Shown piece by piece: positions 11,616 to 23,664 of a DNA stretch of 64,000 nt. The translations under genes were made by a program, and so were the position numbers. The notes beneath the pieces were generated by a model. The model was not told the DNA's origin and made no database searches. It worked only from the letters and a program-made list of their open reading frames with translations. Where the stretch lies: the NCBI GenBank assembly GCA_037447605.1, contig CM074805.1, positions 310,001 through 374,000 on the forward strand, written 5' to 3'. This DNA comes from Zygnema circumcarinatum SAG 698-1b. Taxonomy: Eukaryota; Plantae; Zygnematophyceae. The first letter of the stretch is position 1; every line of letters begins with the position of its first letter.

Positions 11616-12496
11616 GCGAGAGAGAAATCACACAGCCCAGACCGAATTCAAAGCTTTCACCGTAATGTATAAATTATCGAGGACCTCCTGGCGGATAATT
11701 CCATCTTGTCTTGTTCTTCAATTCATGATCCTTGGCTGAATATTTGTAATGCATGCCAGGAAAAGAACGGAGTCCTTTGAATAAGTGCATTGTGTTCATA
11801 AGAAAGGGAGGAAAGAAAGGCATATTGAAAGCACGCACCCGAAGCGTTGGAATGGCTGCGAGAAGAAAAATAGCAAATGCGGCCGTCAGCTGTTCTTACC
11901 CTCCCCTCAAAGAAAAAAAAAATCAGAAAATGCAGAAAATTCAGCCAACATTAAAAAAAGTAAGGAAACGGAGAAAAGAACTTAAGGGCGAATGGGGGGA
12001 GGAAAGAGGGAGAGGGAGAGGGAGAGGGAGAGGGAGGCTAGCAAGGAACAAAGGGACCTACAGTACATGCAACGAAGCCGAGAAACTGTACGGCGCTGCC
12101 TCCTGCAGCGATTCTCTGCATGGAGGGAGGAAGAGAGGAGGAAGGAGACGCCATAGACGCTTCGTACTGAGCTTCAGACGGAGCCATGGCGGCCGCCCTT
12201 TCGGAGAGCTGCGATTTCACAGAGCAGAAAGAATAGCGGCGACCATGGCTGCGTCGTAGAGAAGGAGGGGAGGGAGAGGGACAGGGAGAAGGAGAGGGGA
12301 AGAGAGCTGGAAGAGAGGAAGGAGAGGAAGGGGGGAGCCTGCATGCAGGAATGCCTAACCGATAATTTGGGTTTCTATGGGTCCCAGAAACTCCAAAAAG
12401 TATCAGGCTTCTGGGGCTGAAAGATTGAGGGTCTGAGCAGAAAGGGAGAGGGGGGGAGAAGAGGTGTGGGAGACACCTCCTCTCTACGACTTGCAT
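10390..12496 (-). CDS. Conserved plant protein of the At1g08530/At5g09995 type (one hydrophobic segment plus helical domain, probably plastid-targeted), 5 exons, about 307 aa
   Basis: Exons 12496-12062, 11889-11839, 11277-11144, 10997-10897 and 10592-10390 splice in frame. Hallmark sequence: AAIPTLRAVKRAAEAVEKLAEAAREELPSTMAAVRLSGMEISDLTMELSDLSQEISEGVRSSARAVQAAE. The start codon is less certain. Confidence 0.82.
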
Positions 12497-12510
12497 GTCT
12501 GCAGAGGAGG

Positions 12511-12594
<84 letters not shown>

Positions 12595-12930
12595 CGAGTG
12601 GGGAAAGTTAAGACGGGACGGAAGCCACGAGAGAGGGGAGAGACGAGAGACGCGAAGAGCACGAGGAGGCTCACACCTGCGAAGGACGAAGCGGGGAGAG
12701 CCACGTGGGCACCCGGCTTGATGGATCCACTTTGGACATGATCAAAAGTTAACCTTTCAAGTAACATGTTTAACATGAGGTGGATTCGATTCTGTTGATT
12801 GATGAAAGTGGAATCGGGGCCTTCCAGGGCCTGGGCCTGCCAGCAGAGAGGGAACGCTGCAACTTTTTGAGACCTTTTGGAGTCTGAGGGCTTCTGGAGG
12901 GCTCTGGTGGGAGGTATTGGAGGCGCCGCC

Positions 12931-15734
12931 ATGGCTTCGTCGGCGGACCTTGCCGACGTTACTGCAGGAGACCTCTTCAGTGAGCTTTTGAGGAGAATGA
13001 AGTGCGCTCCGAAACCGGAAAAGAGGCTGATCTTGGTTGGTAAGTAAACGTCAAATATCAGCGAATATCGTTTTGTTTCTGCTCCATTTTCATTGATTCT
13101 ATTGGTTAGGCTGATAATTTTGCAAAGAGATTCCAAGGAGGCCTTCGATCTTGGAAAGGTGTGGGCCTTGAACTTCATAGCCTCACTTTCTTCAGGAATC
13201 TTTACGATGATTGCTGCATTTTTGGCTGCATTGTTGGCAAGGAATTGGCTGGAGAAGGCAGTCGAACCGCAAGAGTGGGCATCCCGGTTTAAGATATGAC
13301 ATTTGTGTACTTGAACTGTTATAAATTACATTTTTCATGCTGTCGGTCTAGGAAGCAGTGGCTCGTGCTACAGGATTCTATGCAGAGCAGACATGTACTA
13401 GAATACCTGGACAGCTTTCCGACTTGTTCTGAGTTTGAAAGGCGATACAAGTGTAACCTGTAAGCTGCAAAAAATGGACATGACTACTGAGCTGAAGCTT
13501 TGATGGCACACTTTTTGAGTAGGGCATTCAGTAGTGTATTATTTTCTTTTTGTATGGCAGGTCCTCCTGGCTGCGGTAAGGGCACGCAGTCGCCCATCAT
13601 TAAGGAGGAGCACTGTCTTTGTCACTTAGCGACGGGAGACATGCTGAGAGCGGCTGTTGCAGCGAAGACTCCTCTCGGGTTGAAGGCAAAGGAAGCCATG
13701 GATAAGGTAGCTAGGGAAGGAGGTGCAGAGTTGGAGTGTTTGAACCTCCCTACTGCGTTGTTGCGCTTGACGCAGTGGTGCCCTTGTCACTTGACTTTTG
13801 GTAACTTGAATTTAGAGTGCATTCCAGTAGCTGGATTGCATTGCTTCAGTATTTATATGCATGGGCAATAGAGGCCTGCAGGCATCTCGCCTGCATGAAT
13901 TACGAATGAGCTTTGGTCAAGATTAGTCATATCATTTTGCCTTCAACAAGGGAGGAACCACTTCATTTTTTTTTTTCAAAGAAACTGACTTATATGAGCA
14001 TCCATGTAGCTTGCTGTAAAAGAAAAAAAAATCAGCGTGGTTTACTCATCATTCTATGGTTCAAACATAGGCCTTGCATCATCTTGCAAATGTCCATCCT
14101 TAGATGCATTTAATTTCTTGAAGAAATTTAGTTATTCCTTGATTGTGTGCATGCTTTCTATTGGTTCAGCACAAACGGCTGAGCCAACTTGATCTAAAAA
14201 AATGGCGTCTATTTGTTAATGCCGCAATAGGAAATGGTCTAACCATATTTTCTGTAGTCGTTAGAGTAAATGAATATAGGACTGAGGTTGATCTCTTCTG
14301 CTCGCAGTATTCCTGGTCTACCTTTTAAGACGAGCTCATGCTGTGTTCTGTGCATTACAGGGCGAGCTAGTAACAGATGACCTTGTAATCGGTATCATTG
14401 ATGACGCCATCAAAAAACCATCCTGTCAAAAAGGATTCATTCTCGATGGTTTCCCACGGACAGTTGTGCAGGCAGAGAAGGTGAGCCATCCAATCCTTCA
14501 GCGTTTTTAAATGAGCTAATTAGTCCAAGAGTTGTTATGTTGCTTCCCAAGTGAGCGGTCAACTGCCAATTTATGAAAACTGATCGTATGTGACGCGTGG
14601 ATGGTAAAAGTTGGATTCACTTCAAGGACTATATAAAGAAGGAGGTTCTGCAGAATAGGCTCAATATGTATCAAAGCAAGTGCTTGTGTATTTTTTGGCA
14701 TAAAATGATGAAGGCGCGCCTTCCTATTTCATAGTGTACCTCCCTCTCCATCTTCACACAGACAGTCCTTTCTCTCTTGTTTCCCACTCCTCACTTCTTT
14801 CACTAAGCTCAAAGATGGTGCTTGGATTTTGAAAAACTGATGATGTTGACCGTTCCCTTTCACAGCTCGATGCCATGTTGGAGAAGGAGGGAACCAAAGT
14901 AGACAAGGTACTGAACTTCGAAATTCAGGATTCTATTCTGGAGGAAAGAATCACTGGAAGGTGGATACATCCAGGCAGCGGACGATCTTACCATACAAAA
15001 TTTGCGCCGCCAAAAGTTTCTGGCATAGATGATGTATGCATCCCCTTCTCCTGCATTTGCATTGATTCTTGAAAGCATTAGCATGTACAACCTGCTTTCC
15101 AGATGGGCCTTGTGAATGCAGGAGCAGCTCGTAGTATTGCGGAAAAACAGCACATTTGATTGATAACAAATCTATATTGACTCTTTTGGCAACCCTTGCC
15201 AACCAGCAGTATGGCAGTATCATTTTGGTAAAAAGAGTTAAAACCCTTGTTTTTAGGTCATTTCCAGTCACAGAGAATGCCGTAGCTTTTCAATGCAGGT
15301 GACAGGCGAGCCCCTCATTCAACGAAAGGACGATAATGTGAACACTTTGAGGAGTCGTCTCGATGCATTCCACAAGCAAACTCAGCCAGTGAGAATCCAC
15401 TTTTCCCTGGATAGATCAGCTTTTCTATAATGAGATACTGCAGGATACTCCCACCTTTTATTCGTGTTTTTATACTGACTTCCTGAACCACATCTGCTGC
15501 ATCCTTCCGCCGTCCCATGTTCATCTTGCTTCTTTCGCCTTTCCTAATCATGTTTGTGGTACATGGAACATGTACATATTTTACATATACAATGTATTTT
15601 TCAACATGGTTCTAAGCCTCTCTGCTTTCCCGCAGGTGATCGATTACTACAGCAAAAAGGGGGTGGTCGTGAATCTGCACGCGGAGAAGCCCCCTCCAAA
15701 GGTCTCTGCAGAGATTGAATCTGCCCTGAAGTAG
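12931..15734 (+). CDS. ADK: Adenylate kinase, plant ADK1/ADK2 type with LID domain, 6 exons, 243 aa
   Basis: Exons 12931-13039, 13561-13706, 14361-14480, 14866-15033, 15299-15388 and 15636-15734. Motifs [48 protein letters not shown] and QRKDDN. Confidence 0.97.
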
Positions 15735-16829
15735 AGGCCCCATCTGAACCCAACAAACATCCGAAACCGGAAATCATTTGAGCTCTCCCCACGTGGTCCT
15801 CTCGCCCGTCCCCTTCCTGACCTATTTCAATATGAGGAAATTCCTCGCCGTCTCCCTCAAAGAAACCTCTCAATTTTTTTGGGAACGAATCCCTGCCGGC
15901 CGAGCAGCAGAAAAGGTTCGCAGTTTTGAGCAGGTGCTGGCAAAAGGCACTTCAGGAAAAAAAAACCCGAAACCCTAGGAGTAGCTTTTGTGTCTCCCAC
16001 CGCTGTCTTCCAACAGACAAGCTCGAGGATCTTCCCTTCCTTCTCTTTCTCTAATTAACTCGTGCTCATGCAGGCTCATGCTTCACCCATGGATGGATGG
16101 GTCTCTACGTGTTCATTGGCATGTGACTTGTGATTTCTTTCTGTATTTGGCGAGGATTCGTTGATAGTTTTGAACACGAGTCGACATTCACGGTAGCTGC
16201 TACGCTGCACCTTGAGGAGTTGAGCTTTTTGGAAGCTTCTTTTCCTCTATGGTTGAGAGTGTATTGTGTGAGTCGCAGTTGTGTACCCCCCTCTTCTCCC
16301 CATCCCCCCTTCCCATCCCCCTTCTCCCCGCTTCCTCCGCCCTTTGAAAATTCCCAATATCCCCTTCTTCCTCCCCGCTCCCTCTCTGACGTTGCTGTGG
16401 AAGATCAGAAACAATTATGAATGACGTATGTCGAAGAAAAGGAATCATGGACACACATAGAAAGGGCATGAACAGATTGTTAGAGTCCAATAAAAGTTGA
16501 CGAATTGGTCAAGCACGAAATACGTACTTGCAAAAGGCCCTAATGTACAAAATCAACTGTCCTACAATAGAGACAGAATATTCCAGTCTATAGAGCGTTC
16601 TGATGGCCTAGACTGAAACAGAATTGTGTATTCTATGTACATTGTATTTTACAGTTCACTAAAAGCCACATTCTATTTTTCTTTTTTTTAACTGCAATTG
16701 CTTTCTTGTTATACTTCCTAATTAATCTTCTTTTACTTTGTTTACGCCACTAAAGTAGTTATTACCCCCACAATCAACGTCTATGCCCCCTCCCTTCCCC
16801 CACCCCCCCAACCCCATCCGTAATTCGAC

Positions 16830-19737
16830 CTAATTCCTAAGACCCACAATGAGGGGCACCCCGTTCTTGGGCTTCAAATTGAGCCCCGCGTTGAGAAGGA
16901 GCTGTTGTGGGGAGCCTTCCGGAACCCTAAAAGTGAAGCGGCGGTGAAGGCGGACGAGAGCGAGCACGACCTCTGCGGAGGCGAAGCGCTGGCCCACGCA
17001 CATGCGAGGCCCGAGCCCAAAGGGCACAAAGGCACATGCGGGCCGCTCCGTGTGTTCCATGCTGCCCTTTGTAAAGCGTTCAGGCCGGAAGGAGTCTGGA
17101 GATGGGTACAGTTTGGCCCACCGTTGAACTGCGTAAACGGGAATCAGTACGTTTGTGTTGCGACGGAACAGGTGGCCATGGATCCGCACATCTCTAGTGG
17201 CCTGCCGAGCGATGAGAGCCCCCGTGGGGTACAGCCGCAGGGTCTCCATCACCACCTGCTTCAAATAATAAGAAAAAAATAACAAAATACAGTACATTCG
17301 CATACTTTGAATACTTCTTCTGAACTTTTAAGAAAAAAAAAAAAATGTGTTGTTTTTTTAAGTTCCGTTAAGAAGCCCCAGCTTGCTCGCCCCCCTCTCT
17401 GGCCCACACAACCCTAAAACCACGAGCTCCGCACCTGTTCTGTGTAAGGAAAGTCGTTGCAAATCTCCTCAATGGTCGGCCTTCGTAGGACCTCTCCCTC
17501 CCCCACCTCCCCTCCGTGTTCCCCCTCCCTCCCCCTCTCCCTCTCGTCTCCCTCCACCCTCTCGTAGAATGCATCCACCTCTCGTTGCACCCGTTTCCGT
17601 GCTTCCGAACTGCCTGCCAGCAAATGGAGGGCGCATGCAATAGTAGTCGCCGTTGTGCTCGAGCCGGCCCCCAAAGCGGAGAAAAGAAGAGTCCGAACTT
17701 CAACATCAGTTAAAGGTTCTCTGCTGCCTTTGGGCCGCGCCCTGCGGCACGCTGACAGCAGTTATTTAGGGTTAAGTGCCACGTGGCAGCAGTTGATAGG
17801 CTGCTAGCTCATGCTAGCACGGCTATTACAAAAGCAACGAGAGAGGGAGCAGTGGAGGAGGGGGGAAAGGGGCATCGAAATGGGAGCAGGGAATGGAGAG
17901 AGTCAAAGAATAAGCGAAGGAGGAAGACAATGAGAGGGAAGCATGAAGGAGAGGAAAGAGTGACGAGAGAGTGAGAGAAGGGAGAGAGTGAGAGAGGGAG
18001 GGAGAGAGAGAAGAGAGAAGACAACCCATGTGAATGTTTACCTCAAAAGGCAGGTGAGAAGGTTGTTGGATTGCTCCGTCGCTACTTCCAACGCAACTTT
18101 TCGGCGTTGCTCACCAATGAGCGCCTGCCAGGTGTCCATTCAAATCCAGAAAAGAATCCTCTGTTCAGAATGCAATTCTGCCCTACAGAAATAAAACTTC
18201 AAGCAAAGATTAGCGAGAAAGTCCGAACTGGATACCGGTTTCCCGGGTGTTTTTCAGCTTTGAGAATGTAAAAAGGTGTGAGGGTTAAAAAGGTTTCAGG
18301 GTTTCACCTGACATTGTTGAAGCAAAAAAAGTTGGCGTTGCCGAATTTTGTACTCGGGCAGAACGGGCAGCCGAAAAACCATCCATTGAATCCACACTCG
18401 CAAAAATGGAACCAAGAGAATAAGCACAGAACTTAAAGGCAGCCGCCCTGAAGCTCGCTCAATTTCGGAATATGCGCGGCAGAATTCACTTAGATTTTCG
18501 TCCTGCTCACAAAAATCAATAAGGTTTTGAACGTTTTAGGGTTTCCAAAAGTTTTTTTTTCGCTTGAAATCGTACACTTCAAATTGTTTACAAGTTTTCA
18601 GAATTGACATTGAGTAGCTACAACAGGATAGAGCCGAACCTGAATTCCAAGATTTAGACCGAGTGTGGCTCGGACCATCACTTCCAGACTCATAGCTTCT
18701 GCAAGCTGCTGCAGGTCAACGGAGTCAACAGAGTCAACGGAGTCAACACTTTTTTTGGCAGCCGCAGCTTCCAGAATCTTCTCCAACTCGTCGATGGCGG
18801 AATGCATTGCGGGAAGAAATTGGCGAATTGAGGCAGAGTGGAACAAGGGGGAGAGAGCGCTCCGGACTCCAGCCCAAAAGGCTCCTCTGAACATTGCCAA
18901 AAAACAAAAAACAAAATATGCGGAAAAACCATCTTGAGAAACGTGGATGTTTCAGTTTCTACAGTCAGCAATGAACAAGATTGGGGAGGGGAAAAGGAGG
19001 GGGAGGGGGTGTTGTGAACCTGCTGAAGAGGAGCCCATATTTGCTCTCCGGAGCAGCGTATGGTGGGACGGGGCGGTCATGAAAATCGTTAAAGTGGCGA
19101 GAACCAATTTCTCGAATCATTTCCGGATCGCACACAACTTCCACTCGCTGCCAGCCCATGTAATATCTGCGTAATAATTCGAACCCCCAGCTCAAAATAT
19201 ATATAAACAAATTAGTTCCCGCCCTAACACTCACCCTGTCCTAACCCTAACCTAATCCTAAATCCTAACCTGATCTATTTTACAGGTTTTAACCTAAACC
19301 TTAAACTCAGTCCTAACCATAAGCCTGACCATGGTCCAAACCCTAATTTTACCTCAACCTTAATCCTAAGCCTACCCTAACTCTAACGATAACCCTAAAC
19401 CTAAAGATAACCCTAACCCTAATCACTCCTCATCCTAATCCATACCCTAACCCTAACCAAAGCGCTGTACACCAAAACCTCCCTCCCACCTGTACAGCGG
19501 CCCGTACTGCTGCAGCCATTCCAGCTGGCACACGTGGTACCCCTTCCTCCCCAGCTCCAGCAGGTTCCCCAGCAGCCACGTGGCAGGCGGTCCTGGCAAC
19601 TCCTCCCTTCCCGCACGCGCGAGCCGCCATAGCATCGGTACTGCTGCGGCGGCAGCCACTGACAGCACAGCGAGACACGTGGCAAGCAGAGGCGCGTCGG
19701 GCAGCCATGCGAGCAGGTGACGCGTCGGCAGCGCCAT
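16830..19737 (-). CDS. Cytochrome P450, CYP711 (MAX1-like) clan, 7 exons, about 550 aa
   Basis: Exons 19737-19490, 19166-19020, 18886-18640, 18502-18308, 18124-18042, 17741-17435 and 17255-16830 splice in frame. N-terminal anchor plus LPGPP hinge, I-helix AGSSTTA, ETLRLYP, PERF, FGLGPRMCVGQRFA and a C-terminal LKPKNGV. Confidence 0.9.
19241..19460. repeat. Degenerate telomere-like (CCCTAA/CCTAAA) array inside P450 intron 1
   Basis: About 220 bp of aaccctaa/cctaat/ccctaaa variants, e.g. ataaccctaaacctaaagataaccctaaccctaat. Confidence 0.7.
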
Positions 19738-21086
19738 GCCGCCGTCACACGTGCGACGCTCCCTGCCCGCTCTCCGCCCCTCCCCTCGGAGAGAGCTGCC
19801 CGCCTCGCACGTCTGAGCAAGATGGGGCGCGGGAGAAAGGATCGAGCGCATGAGGCAGAGAGAAATAGAGCCATGGCGTGACTCGCTGACTCCGTTGAGG
19901 ATGGGAATGATGGCATGATGACTGATGTCAGAGGGCACCACTCGACATCAGCCCCGTCAATGAGGAATGTGCTATTATGCGGTATGATGGGAGGGGCCGC
20001 ATGGCATCTCTGCTCTCCATACAGTGCGTGTATTACATGTTTGTGGCCATGGCTGGCATGGTTTCTCGCATGGCGCGGTGCACGGCTGCAAGCGAAGGAA
20101 GGGCTCGGAATGCAGCATGCAGAGCGAGGGCCGCCACATTTCTTCGTCTCACGGGGCGGAGAAAGTGAGGGAGAGACTTTCGCTGGTACGGGGGGGCAGA
20201 GTGCAGGAGGAGCCAAGGGAGGATCCAGAGGAGAGAGATAGGGAGAGAGGGGGAGGGGGAGGGGGAGGGGGAGAGAGAGGGAACGGGAGACAAAGGAGAG
20301 GGATAGGGGGAGGGAGACAAAGGAGAGAGAGGGAGAGGGAGGGAAAGGAGTGAGAGGGAGAGAGAGAGAGAGAGGACAATAGGAACGCGAGGAGAGAGAA
20401 GCAACACGAAGTAAGAATAACGTGTACTTCTTGTTTTCTTATTTCGTGTCCAATGGAAAAAACAAAAAAAAACGAAAAAAAATTCAAAACGAAAAACGAA
20501 ACGTTTTTTCTTAACGAATTCTGTTGCTCTAAGAAAACAAAGGAGATAAACGAATTTTAAATAGGTAAAAAGTGCCTGCCTTGCCCCCCTAAAGGTCATC
20601 TCAGCTGAAAAAAGGAACCAAAACAGAAAAAAATATCTCTAATAATAAGAATTCAAGTCGGCGTCACCCAAAAATAAAATGAATGAATGAATTAACATAG
20701 ACTCGAACTGAATAAAAGAATCTCTTTAAGAATGAATTGCCCCTCTGAACCATTTCCAGTTCGACCCTTTCATTTCTTTCTCTCCTTCCCCTTCCTTCAC
20801 TCGCTGACCTCCACCCTATCATCATCATCTTTTTAATTATTTTTTTCGGCATGAAAAAAAATTGAAGTATTGACAGCAAACGCTCCCCCTGTTAACCCAT
20901 CTCAGATTTACAAATTCCGCCTTCGGAGCTCCTTAAAAAAAAAAAAAAGAAAAAACCAAACCTAGGCGAACTCCCCACACTCAGCACCGGAACTATATAC
21001 AAACCCAAACCATGGCACATGTCTCCATGTAGCATGTTTCTGCGGCCCTAGAAACCCAAAACTGAACTGAAACTGAAAACTGAAAT

Positions 21087-21824
21087 TTACGGGACCCTGC
21101 ATCCGGGCACCCTCTTGCATTTTCTGATCACCCCAACTCCTCCCTTGCTCCCACATTCGCACACGCGGCATCGGTCTCCAGGCTTCACCACCCCCACCGC
21201 CCCCACTGCATAGAAATACGGACCCCAGTTGGGCCCCGCCGACACGCACAGGGGAACTTGAGGCGCCTCACATTTCCCCAAATGGGTTTTCTCCCCTCCC
21301 ACCACAACGCCCCCCCCCGGCCTCACAATGCGGCAGCTGCTCTGAATCTGGTAGGGGCACCCCCTTCCCACGGTGGTGCCGTTAGCGTTGACGTAGCAGG
21401 GAGGGAGGGGCTCGCAGTCACATGTGGCTCTGTTCTGTCCGCGCCGTTGCGGGTAACTGTTGCATGTGCACAGTTCGCACGTGGCGGGGCCGTACGGGGG
21501 AATGTGCCTCACTCCCACGGCGAAGCGGTAGGGCCCCGCAGTGCAGTACGAGAAGCGGGGGGGCGGGGTGCGGCAGGTTCCATGCAGGAATCCGTTGGAG
21601 GGAACGGCGGAACTGAAGATGCATGCGACGGGGTCGCCGCCGCAGAAGGGAGGGGTCCAGCTGTAGTTCGCGGCGAGCTGACACGGGGCGCCGTTGGGGA
21701 GAGAGGGGATGGTGGAGAGGAGGTGGCGGGAGGCGGAGACGGGGGAGGCGGCGGAGAAGAGGAGGGAGAGGAGGGAGAGGAAGAGGAGGAGGAAGGGAGC
21801 GGCTGCAGCTGGGGGGAAGGCCAT
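21087..21824 (-). CDS. Intronless secreted cysteine-rich protein, copy A (245 aa, 20 Cys), unknown family
   Basis: ATG at 21824, hydrophobic signal peptide ending VSA|SRHLL, 20 Cys in two homologous halves, and a close paralog at 33870-34628. Confidence 0.88.
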   Translation of the reverse strand: MAFPPAAAAPFLLLFLSLLSLLFSAASPVSASRHLLSTIPSLPNGAPCQLAANYSWTPPFCGGDPVACIFSSAVPSNGFLHGTCRTPPPRFSYCTAGPYRFAVGVRHIPPYGPATCELCTCNSYPQRRGQNRATCDCEPLPPCYVNANGTTVGRGCPYQIQSSCRIVRPGGGVVVGGEKTHLGKCEAPQVPLCVSAGPNWGPYFYAVGAVGVVKPGDRCRVCECGSKGGVGVIRKCKRVPGCRVP

Positions 21825-21828
21825 CGCG

Positions 21829-21863
<35 letters not shown>

Positions 21864-22736
21864 TGAGAGAGGAAGAGGCGCGGGGAGAGAGAGTGCAGGA
21901 GTGCGCGTGTGCACTGTAGCACTGGCTGTGGCCAGTGCTATATAACAAGCGGACTTAGTATTAAAGAATCGGTGCTCCTTAATGATGGGATGTGTCTGTT
22001 AACGCGTTTGCAAGGTACTCATTGTTTTCTGTAGGACAGGATCGCCGCGTCTCGAACATTCGCAACGCGTCGACCCGAGGGCGGGCGTTGACTTCCGTGT
22101 CGGTCGTAAGCGCGTGCATGGCCGTCACGTGGCGGCCCGAGAGAGGCTGGAAATTGTTTTGACAGGGCTGCCCGCAGACCTGGACCGTGACGGGGACGGG
22201 GGACCGGGACGGGGACCGGGACCTGCTGACCGGGAAATGCGGGCAGCGGGCAGGACGCCGACGACTGCCGTGCGGCTCGCCATTGGCTGAAAGGCCGCAT
22301 TTGAAAAAAAAAAAAAAATCGAAGTTCTCAGAGATTTATGCTTCCGTCACCTGTGGCTTCCGGTTTGCAGTTTTCCAGTTTTGCAGTTTGTGGTTTGCAG
22401 GAACTTTGCAACTGGCGGAGATCGTCCCGCGGAGGCTTGAGAGTGGAGACACAGAGAAGGAGAGGGAGGGAGAGGGGGAGGGAGAAGGGGAGGGAGACGG
22501 GAAGGGGGGTGGAGGATGCAGGGCGGGGCGGCGGAGGGAAAGGGCGGGGGAGAGGAGGGGAGGGGAGGGGAGGGAGATGGAGGGAGATGCGATCCAGCGG
22601 CGGTGTCTCCCTCACAGCATTGACCTGCGCATGGGAGCAGACAGACAGACAGCGCGCATCTTGTCGATGTTTCATGCAGCAGGCCATGGAGACATCAATT
22701 TAACTGACTGCTGTTAAACTGGATCTCATTTGCATC

Positions 22737-23664
22737 ATGGATGCCGATGAATCCTGGGGTGAGCATTGCGTGGAACCGCCTCACTTGATTCACTTAAGTT
22801 CGTCAAATATTCGTTCCTGTTTTGTTGTCTTCTTTCCCCGTTTATCTTCCTCTTTCGCAGAACATGTTCCTCAATTGCAGTGTACAGACAAGTCAATGTA
22901 TTCGCAAAGCAGTCTGAAAAAGCTGGAACTGACGTTGTCGTTTAGCAGATGCTGGAAACGTTCAAGTTTATTTCTTGAACAGGATGCTGTTGTTGCAGAG
23001 AGAGGACCTCATTATGTCCTTTGTTTCCTTTTTTATTTCTTTGCTTGGATCTCTCAGATGCAGATGATTACCAAATCCCCGCAGTGAAGAAGGTTGCAGA
23101 GCTCCCTGTGACGATAGCAACGCCGCTTTTAGAAGGTCAAGGCATCAGCTTGGTCCAACCAGCAGGCGCAGTAAGGATTGTCCTTTCTGCCAAACTTAAG
23201 CTTTCACAGGCTTCAATCCGAAAGCTTCTCCTCCTTATATATCCTGGTTGAAGATCCCAATGATTTCAGTGTCCCTGCTCCTTCAAACAATCTCAAAGTT
23301 GGGTATTATTCGGTAAAATCCGCTAAGGAGCCGATAGAAATTTAGTATTTGATAGTGTCTGATGATAAACATCGCTGAATCTGAACTGCTTCGGATATTT
23401 AAATGTGGCTGTTTTTGTGAACAGGGAAAGGAAGATACAGTTTCCGTACAGATCGGAAAGCCTGCTAGTCGGAAACAGCGACTGAAAGCAGCTTTGAAAA
23501 TGGCAGAATCAAAGAGTGGGGTCCAAAGCCGCGAAGACAAAGTTGCAGCTCTTCAAGAGCTGATGGGCGCACCTCACAAGCAGACTGCTCCTGCAGCGAG
23601 CCGCCACGAGTGGTTGGATCCTCACTGCAACGAATCTGATTTTGAACGCGAGAATCTGTCATGA
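22737..23664 (+). CDS. Small hypothetical protein, 3-exon model, 124 aa
   Basis: Exons 22737-22758, 23058-23170 and 23425-23664 have GT-AG junctions with compatible phases, giving MDADESWDADDYQIP...KVAALQELMG...HEWLDPHCNESDFERENLS*. No homology recognised. Confidence 0.45.

Noticed and set aside
14704-14840. Box C/D snoRNA candidate (ATGATGA...CTGA) in ADK intron 3
   Set aside because: No terminal stem, no convincing C'/D' boxes and no rRNA-complementary guide that I can verify.
19241-19460. True telomere or chromosome-fusion site
   Set aside because: The repeats are highly degenerate, short, in one orientation and confined to an intron of an intact gene.
21917-21965. Helitron 3' end (hairpin plus CTRR)
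   Set aside because: The downstream sequence is CTTAG rather than CTRR, and no matching 5' TC terminus was found.
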